The position numbers and the translations under genes are program-made. DNA of 64,000 nucleotides from Candidatus Latescibacterota bacterium (GTDB taxonomy: Bacteria > Latescibacterota > UBA2968 > UBA8231): positions 1,792,001-1,856,000 of the forward strand of contig OZ244561.1 of assembly GCA_965217585.1 (NCBI GenBank). The letters are read 5' to 3'. Below are positions 1 through 9,231 of this stretch, piece after piece (position 1 is the first letter of the stretch; the number at the start of each line of letters is the position of its first letter). The notes below the pieces were generated by a model, which had not been told where the DNA came from, searched no databases, and was given only the letters and a program-made list of their open reading frames with translations.

Positions 1-2
1 AT

Positions 3-464
3 ATCAACGACGCGCAAATCCGCGCCCTCGGTGCCGAGCCTGCCGACCGCGCCACCCTGCTGTCCCAAGCCGACGCCATTACCTTGCACCTGCCGCTGAC
101 CGAAGAAAACCACCAACTCGTCAATGCCGAATTCCTCAGCCTTATGAAAGAGGGAGCTTACCTGATTAACACCGCTCGCGGCGGTTTAGTTGACGAAGCC
201 GCCCTGATCGCGGCGCTCGACAGCGGCCATCTAGGCGGAGCGGGCCTCGACTGTCAAGCCACTGAGCCGCCGCAAGGCCAATCCCTCGAACTGGTCCGCC
301 GCGACAAGGTGCTGGCCCTGCCCCACACCGGCTCCAGGACCCTAAGCGCCCGCAAGCGCATGGCCCTCGTCGCCGCGCAGAGCATCGTCGCGCTATTGCA
401 GGGCAAAGTCCCCGATCACGTGGTCAACAAAGAAGTGCTGGATAGGTTGGATTTGGCGGGGTAG
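3..464 (+). CDS. D-isomer-specific 2-hydroxyacid dehydrogenase (phosphoglycerate dehydrogenase-like), 5'-truncated by window edge
   Basis: Frame open from base 3 (INDAQIRALGAE...ADAITLHLPLT). Contains LHLPLT, LINTARGGLVDE, GAGLDC and LPHTGS motifs of the NAD-binding domain. Confidence 0.9.
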   Translation: MNDAQIRALGAEPADRATLLSQADAITLHLPLTEENHQLVNAEFLSLMKEGAYLINTARGGLVDEAALIAALDSGHLGGAGLDCQATEPPQGQSLELVRRDKVLALPHTGSRTLSARKRMALVAAQSIVALLQGKVPDHVVNKEVLDRLDLAG

Positions 465-506
465 TGGGCAACGGCGAGGGCGAGATGATAGCGTCGAGTC
501 GAAGTA

Positions 507-1766
507 TCACCCACCGGCCGCGTAAATCGTCAGCAGCAGTTCCGTATCGTCGAGCAACCTGTATTCCGGCTCCTTGCCGGACAGTCTTTCGCTATTGCTC
601 AAGATAATAGGCACTCCCTCGCCGCGTTTGTCCATCAGGGTTCGGCGCTCTGTCGTCAGCCAAGGCGCATCGGGCACAGCACATTTGGCCAGCAAGCTGC
701 AAACCGCCTCATTCCGCGCCGACTGACGAAATGCCAAGCTCTCGATGGTCATGGTATTCGGGAGCATCCCCGGCGAATACAGTTCCAGTCGATTCCCAAA
801 CAGACGTAGCCTGATTTTGGAGCCGTATATCGAATAATCCCGGTGCGATACTGCATTAACGACCGCCTCGAACACCGCCGTCAGATCGAATTGCGGCACA
901 TCTCGCCGTCCTTGGTCCTTGAAGGCCGCGGTCTTCATGTTTCGGGCAACGAACCGGCAGGCTTCCTCTACCTGGCTGTCGAGTGGGCCAACAATGTCGG
1001 CCGCGTCAAGCTGGTAACCGCCGGGCGCGTCCGACTGGATTCGGTCGCCACGGTAGGCAACGGCCTGGATGTAGGCATTGGGTAGCCAACGGCGAGGATC
1101 AGCCGAGGCCATCAACACACCGGCAACTGTCGGTCTGATCGTACCATCGTCATCCGCACTCGCAATGCCCAGCTTGTGGAGTAACACTTCGCGGTCATCG
1201 TCTGAGCGCGGCGTGCGAAATCGCTCCCAGAAATCTGGCGATAAATCATCCAGCCCGGCCATTGATACGGGTTGTTCGTCGAAACGAATAAGGCACGTCT
1301 GGCTGCGTTGCTGAAACAGTCGGGCGAGGTACTCGGACGACATCGGCCGCTTTGCATTCGCCGTGCGGTGTAGAAATCCGCCGGGGCTTCTATGCACGAA
1401 TAGACTACGCGGAACCTCCACCTTGACAACAGCCAACTCCTCCCCAGTGCTTGTGGGCAACCACAGTCGATCGAGGACAACGCTCTCAATAGGCGGGTCA
1501 ATAGAGTCTATGCACACCTCCCGGACGAAATCCACCACCGCATCAAGGCGGTCCATGGGGATGCCGACGACCTCGTGGGTCTGGTCCTCAACCCCAAGGA
1601 CGAACACTCCCCCGCGGCTGTTTGCAAAAGCGGCAAGCCCATCGGCGAGCGAATTCCGGTTAGGACCTCTGACCTTTCCACCAGCAAAACGCACTTCCTT
1701 GAATTCGAGGAATGTGCTTTCACCCAGCCGAATTTTGTCGAGGAGTTCTTGCGGATTATCAAACAT
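507..1766 (-). CDS. Schlafen/AlbA_2 domain + HATPase_c_4 (RecG-C-like) ATP-binding protein
   Basis: N-terminal GESTFLEFKE...AAFANSRGGVFVLGVED; C-terminal EAVVNAVSHRDYS, LELYSPG, RN and DKRGEG. ATG at 1766 preferred over GTG at 1805, which lies inside the upstream HNH frame. Confidence 0.85.
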   Translation of the reverse strand: MFDNPQELLDKIRLGESTFLEFKEVRFAGGKVRGPNRNSLADGLAAFANSRGGVFVLGVEDQTHEVVGIPMDRLDAVVDFVREVCIDSIDPPIESVVLDRLWLPTSTGEELAVVKVEVPRSLFVHRSPGGFLHRTANAKRPMSSEYLARLFQQRSQTCLIRFDEQPVSMAGLDDLSPDFWERFRTPRSDDDREVLLHKLGIASADDDGTIRPTVAGVLMASADPRRWLPNAYIQAVAYRGDRIQSDAPGGYQLDAADIVGPLDSQVEEACRFVARNMKTAAFKDQGRRDVPQFDLTAVFEAVVNAVSHRDYSIYGSKIRLRLFGNRLELYSPGMLPNTMTIESLAFRQSARNEAVCSLLAKCAVPDAPWLTTERRTLMDKRGEGVPIILSNSERLSGKEPEYRLLDDTELLLTIYAAGG

Positions 1767-1777
1767 GACTTGTGCCG

Positions 1778-2513
1778 CTAGCGATAGAGCCTCTGATAAG
1801 TCCACTCAGATCGAAACCCCTGTTGTTTTGCAATTGACATCAGGGGCTTCAACGTTCTGCGATAGGCAAATTTTAATTTATCACGATCCAGCAAATCCTC
1901 AGGCTGATCAATGTACAGATCCGTAGTATAAGACTCTACTTTCTTTTTCCACTTGTCGTTGCTAGACCTATCCCGGACTATGGACAGAGCAGTACGCTGG
2001 GTTTCAGCTAAGCGATCAATGTATCTTTCAGCGGGAAGCTGATCACTCTTGGAGCTATTTGCACCGGGATCGACAGGAATCAGATTCCACAACTGATTAT
2101 GAGTAACAAAACGCCACGGCAAGAAATGATCTAATTCATAATCGCCACAGATCTTTCTGTCTGTGTATATGCATCGGATCTCTCCTTGATCAATTACAGA
2201 GTTCCAGAATTTCCGCTGTTCATTAAGAGATTCTCTCTGATCGGGAGGAAACAATTTTCGCGTCACAGCAGGGATATTAGGATTACGTCGCTGCATATAA
2301 TCGGCCCAGTGCCACAGTTGGATACCAAGCGGTAACCAGCATCTCAATCTCCAGATCTTTCAACAGAATACCTTTATCAATATCGAAATTTCTTTCCTTT
2401 ATCAAAGTCAAAAGTGAGAGGAAAAATAGATACTTATAAGAATTTGTCGTATGCCTGAACAATCCACTCAGGGCTGAGATATCAAGTCGATCTGAATCGG
2501 GTAAATAGGGCAT
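1778..2513 (-). pseudogene. HNH endonuclease domain protein, internally deleted and frameshifted
   Basis: N-terminal piece 2513->~2322 (TTNSYKYLFFLSLL...AWYP) switches frame into a C-terminal piece (LWHWADYMQRRNPNIP...CIYT...LDHFLPW...LWNLIP...NSSKSD) ending at 1778. Visibly AT-richer than flanks. Confidence 0.75.
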
Positions 2514-2592
2514 GAGACTGGTTTAGCTATTTTTTTATGTATGGACCATTGCGATAGGTACAGTACGCGATGCACCGCTCTGGTCAATGCCC

Positions 2593-3366
2593 CTAAGAAT
2601 CCAACCCCATCCCCGGCGGCATAAAAAACTCATACTGCTCCGGCGTGCCGTAGCCATCCATCTCCGTCAGCCGCACCCCCGTGCTGTTGAGCGCCGCCTC
2701 GACGATCCGCTTGTTGAAGGCGCTGACATTCTCATCAGCCAGATACTCGGCCACCGGCATCCACAGACACTCGGCGATCTCGTCCTCCTGGATGCGGATC
2801 TCCGTGCTCAGTGGGCGCAGGCGGCAGACGAAGTAAATATCCGACTTGCCGAAGCGGTAGCCGTGCCAGTGGCGAAAGCAGACTAGTGCGTCGAACTCAG
2901 CCTCGACTCCGGTTTCTTCGGCGACTTCGCGCACCACAGCTTCGGCCAAGTGCTCGCCCGCGTGCAGCGCGCCGCCGGGCAGCTTGTAGCGCGGTGGGCC
3001 AGACGCGCGCCGATGGTATTTTTCACTAACCACCAACAGTTCCCGCGCCTCGTTGAGCACCACTCCACCCGCGCCGATATAGTGCGAGGCGTGGGCCGGC
3101 ACATAAGCGCCTTCTTCCAGTTGCAAGGTCATCATTAGATAGCCGTCGCCGCTGTGGTGGAATACAAACCCAGCTTCCACCGCTACCGGGACCAACACCG
3201 CCTTGGCAATCGAGACCTCCAGCCACACGACCCGGTAGCCTTCGTCCTTCCAAGCCGCCAGCGAAACGCGCAGCCGCTCGGCAAACGCCGCCGAATCTGA
3301 GTCGAGAGCCTCTGGTTTGGGAATGATGCCGCCGAATGGATTAGTCGTTGCCGCAATAGGTTCCAT
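2593..3366 (-). CDS. Nudix hydrolase with N-terminal pre-Nudix domain (NUDT6/AtNUDT2-like)
   Basis: Nudix box GGALHAGEHLAEAVVREVAEETGV; N-terminal SLAAWKDEGYRVVWL...GFVFHH; FGKSDIYFVC. GAGG RBS upstream. Confidence 0.9.
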   Translation of the reverse strand: MEPIAATTNPFGGIIPKPEALDSDSAAFAERLRVSLAAWKDEGYRVVWLEVSIAKAVLVPVAVEAGFVFHHSGDGYLMMTLQLEEGAYVPAHASHYIGAGGVVLNEARELLVVSEKYHRRASGPPRYKLPGGALHAGEHLAEAVVREVAEETGVEAEFDALVCFRHWHGYRFGKSDIYFVCRLRPLSTEIRIQEDEIAECLWMPVAEYLADENVSAFNKRIVEAALNSTGVRLTEMDGYGTPEQYEFFMPPGMGLDS

Positions 3367-3491
3367 ATCCCGCCTCCCTCAATGGCCGCTAGTGATAGCA
3401 AACCCCGCCTAGCATGTCAACCCGCCAGCTTGGCCCGCTGCCAAGCCGTACCCTATACTATCGCCCGACACAAAAATATGAGGACTTGCCC

Positions 3492-5330
3492 ATGCAACGC
3501 GCACTGCACAGAAAGCTCATCGGCCTCAAGGCCCAGCGCCAACTCCTCGCCTTCCTCGGCGAGCACCTGCCCCACTTCACGCCCCCCACTTCGGCCGCAG
3601 CTTGGCGCAATCAAGCCCCGGCCCTGCGCGCCCAAGTCCTCGACCTGTTCTTCCGCGGCCATCCCGCCGGCCTCCTCGCGGAAGAGCCGCAAGTCCACTG
3701 GGGCGACCACATCGAGACGGGTGCTGGCTACACCATCCGCAAGCTGCGCTACGAGGGCTACCCCGGCCTCTGGGTCCCGGCCCTGCTCTACGAGCCTGAC
3801 CAGCTTGGGGAAAAGGCCCCGGCCGTCCTCAACCCCAACGGCCACCACGCTGGCGGCAAGGCCATGGACTACAAACAGGCCCGCTGCATCAACCTCGCCA
3901 AGCGCGGGATGCTGGCGCTCAACACCGAATTTCTTGGGATGGGCGAACTGCGCGCCGACGTCGACCACAATCGCATCGGCCACCTCGACCTGTGCGGCAT
4001 CGCCGGCATCGGCGTGTTCTATCTCTTGATGAAACGCGGCCTCGACGTGCTGCTCGCCCACCCCAAGGCCGATCCCGAGCGCATCGGGATGACCGGCCTG
4101 TCGGGCGGCGGCTGGCAGACGGCTCTGCTGACGGCCCTCGACGAGCGGGTCAAAGTCATCGTCCCGGTCGCCGGTCATTCGGCCGTCTGGCAGCGCCGGG
4201 GCTGCATCGAGGACATTGGCGACCAAGAGCAATGCCCGGCTGACCTCTGCATGGTCGCCGACTACGACGCGCTCTCCGCGCTCTTTGCGCCGCGGCCGAC
4301 CTTGCTCATCTACAACCGCCACGACGACTGCTGCTTCCAGACGCGGCGGGCGCGCAAATCCATCTACGAACCCATCCGGCCCGTCTTCGCGCTCCTCGGT
4401 GCCCGCGACAACATCGCCCTCCACGACAACACCGACCCCGGCACCCACAACTACGAGCGCGACAACCGCCGCCAGCTCTACAAATTTCTCAACCGACATT
4501 GGGGATTGGAAACACCAGACGACGACCTGCCCTATCGCGACGAATTGCACACCGAAGAAACCCTCGCCGTCGGCCTGCCCTCCGACAACGCCACCCTGCT
4601 CTCCATCGCGCAGGCAGCTCTTTGCAAGCTCCGGGAGCGCAAAAGAAAAGCGCGCGATCCGGCCGCCGCGCGCCAAGCACTCGCCTCATTACTCAAGCTG
4701 CCGCAGTGGAAGAATAGGTCCCTACAAGAAGTCGGCACCGCGCAAAAGCGCAAAGACGGCACCATCCAACACTACCTACTGCACCTCGACGATACCTGGA
4801 CCCTGCCGCTGACCGAATACACGCCACCGCGCCCCCGAGGCATTGAACTGGTCATCGCCGATGGCGGGCGCGGTGCGCTCGCTGGCCCACTGGCCACCGC
4901 CCTCGCGCAAGGCCGCCGGGTGCTCGTCGCCGACATCTTCGCTACCGGCGAGCTCCACACCGGTCCGCGCCACCAAATGCTGGTCGCCACCGCTGGCCAG
5001 CGTCCGCTCGGCATCCAGGTCGGCCAAGTGCTCGCACTGCTGGCGACAGCAAGTCAAAAGAGCCGGACGCTACACCTAACGGCCCACGGCCGCGTCTGCC
5101 CGGTCGTCGCGCTGATCGCCGCCGCGCTAAAACCCCAAGCCATCGCCTCGCTAACAACCAACACCCTGCTCGACTCTCTTGGCCGCCTCATCGACTGGCC
5201 GCTGTCCTACGACGCCGCCCCATCTCTTTACTGCTTTGGCCTATTGGCCGAATTCGACATCCCCGATCTGATCGCGCTCTCAGCGCCCGTGCCGCTCGCC
5301 GACCCCAATCGCGGGCCGCTGCGCCGCTGA
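3492..5330 (+). CDS. Alpha/beta hydrolase, acetylxylan esterase/dienelactone hydrolase-like
   Basis: PAVLNPNGH, nucleophile elbow GMTGLSGGGWQT, APRPTLL, HNYE. Start moved to ATG 3492 behind GAGGA. Confidence 0.8.
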   Translation: MQRALHRKLIGLKAQRQLLAFLGEHLPHFTPPTSAAAWRNQAPALRAQVLDLFFRGHPAGLLAEEPQVHWGDHIETGAGYTIRKLRYEGYPGLWVPALLYEPDQLGEKAPAVLNPNGHHAGGKAMDYKQARCINLAKRGMLALNTEFLGMGELRADVDHNRIGHLDLCGIAGIGVFYLLMKRGLDVLLAHPKADPERIGMTGLSGGGWQTALLTALDERVKVIVPVAGHSAVWQRRGCIEDIGDQEQCPADLCMVADYDALSALFAPRPTLLIYNRHDDCCFQTRRARKSIYEPIRPVFALLGARDNIALHDNTDPGTHNYERDNRRQLYKFLNRHWGLETPDDDLPYRDELHTEETLAVGLPSDNATLLSIAQAALCKLRERKRKARDPAAARQALASLLKLPQWKNRSLQEVGTAQKRKDGTIQHYLLHLDDTWTLPLTEYTPPRPRGIELVIADGGRGALAGPLATALAQGRRVLVADIFATGELHTGPRHQMLVATAGQRPLGIQVGQVLALLATASQKSRTLHLTAHGRVCPVVALIAAALKPQAIASLTTNTLLDSLGRLIDWPLSYDAAPSLYCFGLLAEFDIPDLIALSAPVPLADPNRGPLRR

Positions 5331-5331
5331 G

Positions 5332-5390
5332 GGCACCGCTACCGTCCGCTGCCGTGGCGATATGTTCGACGATTGTCATGGGCTGTCGCT
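5332..5390 (-). pseudogene. Collapsed remnant of a Uma2 endonuclease paralog
   Basis: Encodes MTIVEHIATAAD, identical to the start of 7267..7818. DNA is a join of sequences matching ~7790-7828 and ~7371-7390 of that gene. Confidence 0.8.
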
Positions 5391-5392
5391 CC

Positions 5393-6469
5393 CTAGCCAT
5401 ATTTTTCCCGGAGGCACCGCGCCGCCTCCACCTCGTTTTTGAGCTTGCTATAAACCTCGTCGATATCGACTTTCGCCGCCGATCCGGGGGCGAAACCGCA
5501 GTCCGGGTTGAGCACCACCCGCTCGGGCGCTAAGTACTCCAACGCCTGTTCCACCCGCCCGATGATCGTCTCCGGCTCGTCAACCTCGCCCGGATGCACC
5601 CCCACACAACCCAAGCCGATCTCCAAATCTTCGCGCAGCGCCTTAAACACCTCCGCATCCCCTGCGCCCGGACTGGTAAATTCCATAGTCAGATGGTGTA
5701 CCTTCAGGCGATTGAGATGGGCGATGATCGGGCCATAGCCGCCGGTGTGACATGCCTCGCCCCGGACCCGGGCACCCGCGCGGCGGCACAAATGCACGGC
5801 CAAGCGCACCCCTGTGGCTCCCTCCACCACCGCATTGGTCATCGCCACCGCAAAGTCGGCCTCGGCCTCGGGGTCGTCATATCCGGCTCGCACCTCGTCA
5901 TCGACGAGCAGGCATAGATGCGGATCGTCGATCTGCACGATATCGGCACCGGCCTCACACAATAGCGCCAACTCGCGGCGCAGAATCGGCACACAAGCCT
6001 CGACGAATCCATTGCGGGTCGGATAGGCTCCGCGCGATTGTTCCGCATCCCACATCCGCTCGCCCAATAGCGCCGGCGCCGGCAAGGTGGCCTTGATTTT
6101 GCGCGAGCTAACCTGCTTGAGAAATTCTATTTCCCGCGCGATAAACCCCTCGTCTTTCGGCACCAACTCGCCCGTGACGATGGTCCACGGCCTGCCGTCC
6201 GTATTCCGGCCCAACTCGAAGCCATGCGCCAATTCGGCGATTACGCCGATATACGAGGCGCGCCGCCATTCACCATCGGTGATCACGTCCAACCCCGCCT
6301 CCTCCTGCAACGCCACCGCATAGGCCACCGCCGCGTCCATCACCTGCCCCAGCCGTTCAGCGTCCATTGGCCGCTCACCCATCACCGCCTCGCGCACGAA
6401 ATCCGGTCGCGGCAGCGAGCCGACCACCGCCGCCGGAAAGAGCGTCCCGTAGTGTTGACGTGTCGACAT
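5393..6469 (-). CDS. Cobalamin-independent methionine synthase II family protein (MetE C-terminal-like)
   Basis: VVGSLPRP, QEEAGLDVITDGEWRR, IQIDDP, Zn ligands VHLCR / E / NPDCGF. ATG at 6469, 2 nt after the upstream stop. Confidence 0.88.
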   Translation of the reverse strand: MSTRQHYGTLFPAAVVGSLPRPDFVREAVMGERPMDAERLGQVMDAAVAYAVALQEEAGLDVITDGEWRRASYIGVIAELAHGFELGRNTDGRPWTIVTGELVPKDEGFIAREIEFLKQVSSRKIKATLPAPALLGERMWDAEQSRGAYPTRNGFVEACVPILRRELALLCEAGADIVQIDDPHLCLLVDDEVRAGYDDPEAEADFAVAMTNAVVEGATGVRLAVHLCRRAGARVRGEACHTGGYGPIIAHLNRLKVHHLTMEFTSPGAGDAEVFKALREDLEIGLGCVGVHPGEVDEPETIIGRVEQALEYLAPERVVLNPDCGFAPGSAAKVDIDEVYSKLKNEVEAARCLREKYG

Positions 6470-6470
6470 A

Positions 6471-7235
6471 TTAGCCGCCGTATTCGTCTGACCAACGCGC
6501 ATTGGCCAGCGCGAAGTCCTCTTCAGTGTCAATTTCCATATACTCGCCATCGGTGGGCACCATGTGCAAGGCCAATCCTGCGTCCAACATTTCTTGGAAG
6601 AGATGAATCAGATAAGCCTTTTCGAATGGCGTGCCGTCCTTCCAAGTCTGCCCGGCGTACTCCGCCTTCATCCGCCGATAATGCGCCCGCAAAGACCGCG
6701 CGCCCGCCACACTGAACCGCGCCACGCCGATATACTCGCCGCTGGCCGCTGGCGCAGGAATGGCGCGGTTGACCTCCACGACCCGATCGCCCTCGGCCAC
6801 GATCTTTTCGGCATCGTCTTCTGGGTGCTGGCTGCGATCTGCATAGCGCGTACGCCAGTCCGTATCAACGCAGAGCGCGATATCGCCCTCGTGCTCCAGC
6901 GCTCGACGCACGACCGTGGGACGGTAGAGAATATCGGCATAGGAACAGACAAAACCATCGGCCATATACTCCTCGGCGCAAAAGAGCGAGGCCAAGATAT
7001 TGTTGTGCTGCCAGTCGACGTTATGGCAATAAGTGAGATGCGGGTAGTCGGCCTCGATCTGCTCGATGCGATAGCCGCCGACAAAGACCGGCGTCTCTAA
7101 CCCGGCCGCGGCCAGCGCCTCGAGCATCCAGTCGAGGATCCGCCGCCCGCCGATGGGCACATAGCATTTAGGCTGTCCGTCGGTCAGGGCGTTGAGCCGG
7201 CGGCCGCGGCCGGCGCCGATGATGATGGGGCGCAC
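6471..7235 (-). CDS. Phosphocholine cytidylyltransferase-family nucleotidyltransferase (LicC-like)
   Basis: IIIGAGRGRRL...PKC, NNILASL, SYADILY, GEYIG, EIDTEEDF. GTG at 7235 after GAGAGGAG. Confidence 0.85.
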   Translation of the reverse strand: MRPIIIGAGRGRRLNALTDGQPKCYVPIGGRRILDWMLEALAAAGLETPVFVGGYRIEQIEADYPHLTYCHNVDWQHNNILASLFCAEEYMADGFVCSYADILYRPTVVRRALEHEGDIALCVDTDWRTRYADRSQHPEDDAEKIVAEGDRVVEVNRAIPAPAASGEYIGVARFSVAGARSLRAHYRRMKAEYAGQTWKDGTPFEKAYLIHLFQEMLDAGLALHMVPTDGEYMEIDTEEDFALANARWSDEYGG

Positions 7236-7266
7236 TGGCTCTCCTCTCGTTTTGACGCTAACTGCA

Positions 7267-7818
7267 CTAGGCGAACAACGCCGCGACCGACATCTCCCAC
7301 CCCGGCACCACCTCCCCGCCCTCCAGCACATCACCTTCTCGTAATACATCCACAGCGCCCGAAGTTCGATGCACCGCCACCGTCCGCTGCTGCGGCTCAA
7401 CGACGACCACCATCTGCGTCCCTGCCGCCAGCCAATCGGCTACCTTTTCCGCGACCTCCCCATAGCGGTCCCCCGGCGAGACCACCTCCACCACCAAATC
7501 GGGTGCTCCCGGCCAATAGCCCGCTACCGCGCCGACTGCATCCAGCCGCGCTTGGCACACGAAAGCCGCATCCGGTGCCCGCACCGTATCCGGGCTCGAC
7601 GCCAGCCGGAACCCTGTTTCCGCCGCATAGACCGAACCCAGTCGGTTGGCCAGCACGTGCTGTACTAGCGATGCCGTCACTAACGCGGCGATTTTTCCGT
7701 GTTCATTGCCCGCCGGCACCATCTTACGCACCTCCCCGCATACTAATTCGTAGCGAAAACCATCGTCCGGCAGTCGTTCCAAGTCCGCCGCCGTGGCAAT
7801 ATGCTCGACAATTGTCAT
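7267..7818 (-). CDS. Uma2 (DUF820) PD-(D/E)xK endonuclease
   Basis: RYELVCG, TVRAPDAAFV, GAPDLVVEVVSPGD, KVADWLAAG. Confidence 0.9.
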   Translation of the reverse strand: MTIVEHIATAADLERLPDDGFRYELVCGEVRKMVPAGNEHGKIAALVTASLVQHVLANRLGSVYAAETGFRLASSPDTVRAPDAAFVCQARLDAVGAVAGYWPGAPDLVVEVVSPGDRYGEVAEKVADWLAAGTQMVVVVEPQQRTVAVHRTSGAVDVLREGDVLEGGEVVPGWEMSVAALFA

Positions 7819-7959
7819 GGGCTATCGTCCTCGACCCCTTCAGCTTCAGATACGAAATATTATACGGAATATACCTGCCGCCTTTTACCGCCACAACCTC
7901 AAGTGGAGAGCATTGCCCTAGCACCTTATATTGAGTTATTACATATAGAAAGGATGGAT

Positions 7960-9228
7960 ATGTCCGAAAAACTGCCCCTCGCCATCGTCGGCTGCGGCGG
8001 CATGGGTCACCGTCATCTCTACGGCCTTGCCGAATTGCAAAACGCCGGCCTGTCGCCCTTTGAACTAGTAGGTGCCTGCGACCCCAACCTCGACAACGCC
8101 CACTCGCTCGCCGACCAAGCCGAGGAACGACTGGGCACGCGACCTCAACCCGTCAAAGATCTCGCCGAACTGGCTTCCGTCGCCCCAGTCCAAGCCGTCG
8201 ATATCACCACCCTACCGGCCCATCATCACACCGTGGCCATCGAGGCCATGGAGCGCGGCTGGCACGCGCTGTGCGAAAAACCCATGGGGCTTACGGCCCG
8301 CGCCTGCAAGCAGATGATCGCCAAGGCCCAAGAGACTGGGTGCGTCCTCTCCGTGGCCGAAAATTACCGCCGCGACCCGGTAAACCGCCTCGCCAAGGCC
8401 CTACTCGATGCCGGCATCATTGGGCACCCGCGCCTGATGCAGCAAATTGCCATAGGCGGCGGCGACGGCATGCTCATTTCAGTGTGGCGGCACCAGAAAA
8501 ACGCCAGCGGCGTCCTCCTCGACGTGGGCGTTCACTTTGCCGACATCATGGAGTACTTCCTCGGCGAGGCCGACACGGCCTACGCGCAAACGCGCCTGCA
8601 CGAGCCGACCCGCAAAAATCCCGTAGCCGGTCGCGACGTCAGCAGCGGCTCGCCGGGAGGCGTCTATGAACGCTGGCAAAAAGACATGCCAGCCGAGTTT
8701 GCGGCCACGGCGGACGACGCGGCCTACGCCACCATCCTCTTCAAAAGCGGCGCGGTCGTCCAGTACATCGAAGACCACGCAGCCCACGGCCAAAACCTGC
8801 GGCGGCGCTCCATCCACGGCAGCCTCGGCTCAATGGAACTGCCCGGCGACCGCTCGGGCGACCGCCTCTCACTCCACCTCGACGGCGCAGACCCCATAGA
8901 CGACCAAGCTCTCCTCGACCTAGTGCCCGATCACCGCCTCGACGAAGTCACGGCCGCGCTCTTCGGCGGCGATCGACTTTTCGAGTACCACTTGCCCTTT
9001 CCCGAGACCGACCGCAAGCTAATCGCCGTCGAATACCACGAGCTTGGCACCTGCATTCAACAGGGGCAACAGCCCGAAGTCAATGCCCAGCAAGGCGCGC
9101 GCTCCGTGGGCCTGTCCTACAGCCTGATGGAGTCGCAAGTCGCCGGCCATGCGCTCTCAGTCAATGCTGTCTGCGACGACCAGATCAACGCCTACCAAGC
9201 CGAGATCAACGAGCATCTGGGGCTCTAA
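7960..9228 (+). CDS. Gfo/Idh/MocA family oxidoreductase
   Basis: AIVGCGGMG, HALCEKPM, VAENYRRDP, LLDVGVHFAD. Start at ATG 7960 (or 7954) behind AAGGA. Confidence 0.9.
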   Translation: MSEKLPLAIVGCGGMGHRHLYGLAELQNAGLSPFELVGACDPNLDNAHSLADQAEERLGTRPQPVKDLAELASVAPVQAVDITTLPAHHHTVAIEAMERGWHALCEKPMGLTARACKQMIAKAQETGCVLSVAENYRRDPVNRLAKALLDAGIIGHPRLMQQIAIGGGDGMLISVWRHQKNASGVLLDVGVHFADIMEYFLGEADTAYAQTRLHEPTRKNPVAGRDVSSGSPGGVYERWQKDMPAEFAATADDAAYATILFKSGAVVQYIEDHAAHGQNLRRRSIHGSLGSMELPGDRSGDRLSLHLDGADPIDDQALLDLVPDHRLDEVTAALFGGDRLFEYHLPFPETDRKLIAVEYHELGTCIQQGQQPEVNAQQGARSVGLSYSLMESQVAGHALSVNAVCDDQINAYQAEINEHLGL

Positions 9229-9231
9229 ACA

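Noticed and set aside
2300-2335. Programmed frameshift joining the HNH fragments
   Set aside because: No slippery sequence, and a large middle part of the protein appears to be missing.
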